DNA of 64,000 nt, from NCBI RefSeq assembly GCF_046119375.1, contig NW_027362761.1, positions 349,556,001 to 349,620,000 of the forward strand, given 5' to 3'. Made by a program: the position numbers and the translations under genes. The notes under the pieces are model-generated. The model was given only the letters and a program-made list of their open reading frames with translations. It was not told the origin of the DNA and ran no database searches. Positions 61,091 through 64,000 of this stretch are shown one piece after another. Numbering within the stretch: the stretch's first letter is position 1; each line of letters begins with the position of its first letter. The DNA comes from Phyllobates terribilis (taxonomy: Eukaryota).

Positions 61091-64000
61091 ACCCATAAAT
61101 AAATATTATGAAAAAAAACAAAAAAACAATAAAAGTACACTTATTTGTATAGCTGCGTCCAGAATGACTTGACCTATAAAACTGTTACACTACTTAACCT
61201 CTTTAGTGAACACGGTAAAAGAAAGACAGAAAGAAATAAGCAAAAAAACTATGCTTTTCATCATATTGCTGAACAAAAAGTTCTGCAAAAAACAAGCCGC
61301 CATACAGCTCCATCAAAAATAAAAAAGTTATAGCTCTAGGAATAAAGCGATGCAAAAAAAATTTTTATTTTAGAAAATAGTTTTATTGTGTAAAAGCGCC
61401 AAAACATAAAAAAGTGATATAAATGTGGTACCGCTGTAAACGTACTGACCAGAAGAATAAAGCTACCTTATCAATTTTACCACATGCGGAATGGCATAAA
61501 AAAAAAAATTCCTGAATTGTTGGTTTTTGTTTATTCTGCCTCCCAAAAATCAGAATAGAAAGCGATTAAAAGATGTCACATGCTCGAAAATGGTGCCAAT
61601 AAAAATGTCAACTTGTCCAGCAAAAAACAAGCCCTTAAATGATTTTGTTGGCCAAAATATAGAAAAATTATAGCTCTCAAAATATAGCTCTAAAAAGCTT
61701 GTTTTAGTGTGTGACAGCTGCAAAACATAAAAACCCGATATAAATCTGGTATTGCTGTAATCGCACCGACCCGAAGAATAAAGTCGCCTAATTACTTTTT
61801 ACCGCATGAGGAACGGCGTAAAAAATCAATAAAATCAATTCTTCACCTGCTGCTATGTTCATTCTGCCTCCCAAAGATCTCAGTATGGCTCTGCTCACAT
61901 TTAGCCTGCGCTCTGTGCTGAGCACTTACACCGGGGTTTCCGTGTAAATCTCTGAAATACGTCATTCAGACGGAACCCCCGGTGGAAGAGTCCCTGTAAT
62001 GAGGCAGATAGAGGCACCATGGACGTGGTCTGGCCTGTGATCCCAAGGTGTCCGTCTTTTTATTAGGCGTGCATAAAAGTGCCGTCGGCCACAGTTTTGT
62101 GAACCTTTGAAAAAAAGGACACCGCTAAACAGAGGCCAGATGGAGTCCAGAGTAACTCTCCTGTCTCGTTATAGTGAATGGACCCCCCGGGGGTTTCGTC
62201 TCAATTACATCACTCAGAGATTTAAATGGATACCCTGATATCAGTGCTCAGCGTAGAGCACAGGATAAATGGGAACATTTTACAAAACATTTTGGATCAC
62301 AATAAAAGCTTCGACACAAAAAAAGCAAGTCCCCACTCAGGTCCGTCATCTGTTAACAGAAATATAGAGGGCTTCCACATTACTAATAGCACAAAGGTTC
62401 TGGAAAAGCAAAAAGGCCCTTGCCACTCAAAAGTAATTCAGCAAATTCTGGGTTCCCAAATACAAATTCCCACCTCCCTTTTGAGCCCCAGAGTGCGCCT
62501 AAACCGCAGTTAGCGTCCACATATTTGGCATTTCTGTAGCGGTGAGAGCCCGCCTAATTTATAGTTGCATGTCTCCAGAAGCACGAACTGGGCATAACGT
62601 ACTGGTCACTACAACGGCAGTTTTCAATTTTCACTCAGCAATATCCATTGCTGCTTGTTTCTGGAAAACACCCATGCAGTTAAAATCCTCACCACACCTG
62701 TAGATAAATTCCCAAAGGGGTATAATTTCCAAAATGGGGTCACTTGAGGGGGGATTCTGCTCTTCTAGCAGTTAGAGTCCGCTACCCCTTTGAAAATAAA
62801 AAAAATTGGGGCGAAAAAACATTTTTGTGGGAAAAATGGGATTTTTTTATTTTCACGGCTCCAGATTGTAAACTTCTGTGAAGCACTTGGGGGTTCAAGA
62901 TGCTCACCACATATCTAGGGGTCTAGTTTCCAAAATGGTGTCACTTGTGGGGGATTCCCACTGTTTAGGCACATCATGGGCGTCCGCTAATTATTCAAGC
63001 AAATTTTACATTCAAAAAGTCAAATGGTGCTCCTTCCCTTCCGAGCCCTGCCATGCGCCCAAACAATGGTTTTCCCCCACATATGGGGTATTGGCTTACT
63101 CAGGAGAAATTGCACAACAAATTTTATGGTGCAATTTCTCCTGTTACCTTTATGAAAATGCAAAATTTGGGGCTGAAAAACATTTTTGTGGGAAAATTAG
63201 AAAATTTTATTTTTATGGCTCATAGTGTAAACTTCTGTGAAGCACCTGGGGGTTCAAGGTGGTCACCACACAACTAGATAAGTTCCCTGAGGGGTCTAGT
63301 TTCCAAAATGGTGTCACTTGTGGCGGGTTTCCACTGTTTAGGCACATCAGGGGCTCCCCAAACGCGACATGGCATTCACTAATTATTCAAGCAAATTTTA
63401 CATTCAAAAAGTCAAATGGCGCTCCTTCCGTACCGAACCCTGCCGTGCACCCAAACAGTGGTTTTCCCCCACATATGGGGTATCAGCGTGCTCAGGAGGA
63501 ATTGCACAACAAATTTTGGGGTCCATTTTTTCCTGTTACCCATGCGAAAATAATGTGGGTCTAAAGTAACATTTTTGTGAAAAAAAGTTAACTGTTCATT
63601 GTTTTCTTCCACGTTCCAAAAATTCCTGTGAAGCACCTGATGGGTTAATAAACTTCTTGAATGTGGTTTTGAGCACCTTGAGGGGTGCAGTTTAGAATGG
63701 TGTCACTTTGGGGTATTTTCTGTCATAAAGGCCCCTCAAATTCACTTCAAATGTGATGTAGTCCCTAAAACAATGGTTTTGTAATTTTATTGGAAAAATG
63801 AGAAATCGCTGGTCAACTTTTAACCCTTATAACTTCCTAACAAAACAAAAATTTTGTTCCAAAATTGTGCTGATGTAAAGTAGACATGTGAGAAATGTTA
63901 TTTATTAACTATTTTGTGTGACATATCTCTCTGATTTAAGGGCATGAAAATTCAAAGTTTGAAAATTGCGAAATTTTCAAAATTTTCCCCAGATTTCCGA
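61085..64000. repeat. Large AT-rich non-autonomous repeat with ~370-bp tandem subunits; runs off the window
   Basis: TTTCCAAAATGG[GT]GTCACTTG recurs at ~62725, 62925 and 63297, degenerate at ~63690. Nested palindromic MITE at ~61887-62280. Confidence 0.65.

Overview
Eukaryotic, repeat-dense genomic DNA. The Tc1, MITE, Penelope-like and Gypsy repeats suggest an anuran amphibian (inference). Two full-length Ty3/Gypsy LTR retrotransposons lie on the minus strand. The one at 17884-25737 looks intact (no LTR mismatch seen, open gag and pol); the one at 41343-49317 is disabled. There are at least five solo LTRs, six Tc1/mariner elements or derivatives (DD34E, DD37E, DD38E and mariner types, two nested pairs), Penelope-like and L2-like fragments, many palindromic MITEs and a 31-bp minisatellite. 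No intact host gene is supportable. Scattered minus-strand exon-like segments carry decayed semaphorin-like motifs (Sema, PSI, possibly Ig), which suggests a pseudogene invaded by transposons. Most notable: a second tRNA-Ser primer-site-like motif inside U5 of all five related LTRs, a conserved -1 frameshift pseudoknot, a degenerate dUTPase-like domain in pol, and three fold-back inverted duplications anchored on DNA-transposon ends. I found no evidence of a new autonomous multi-gene system.
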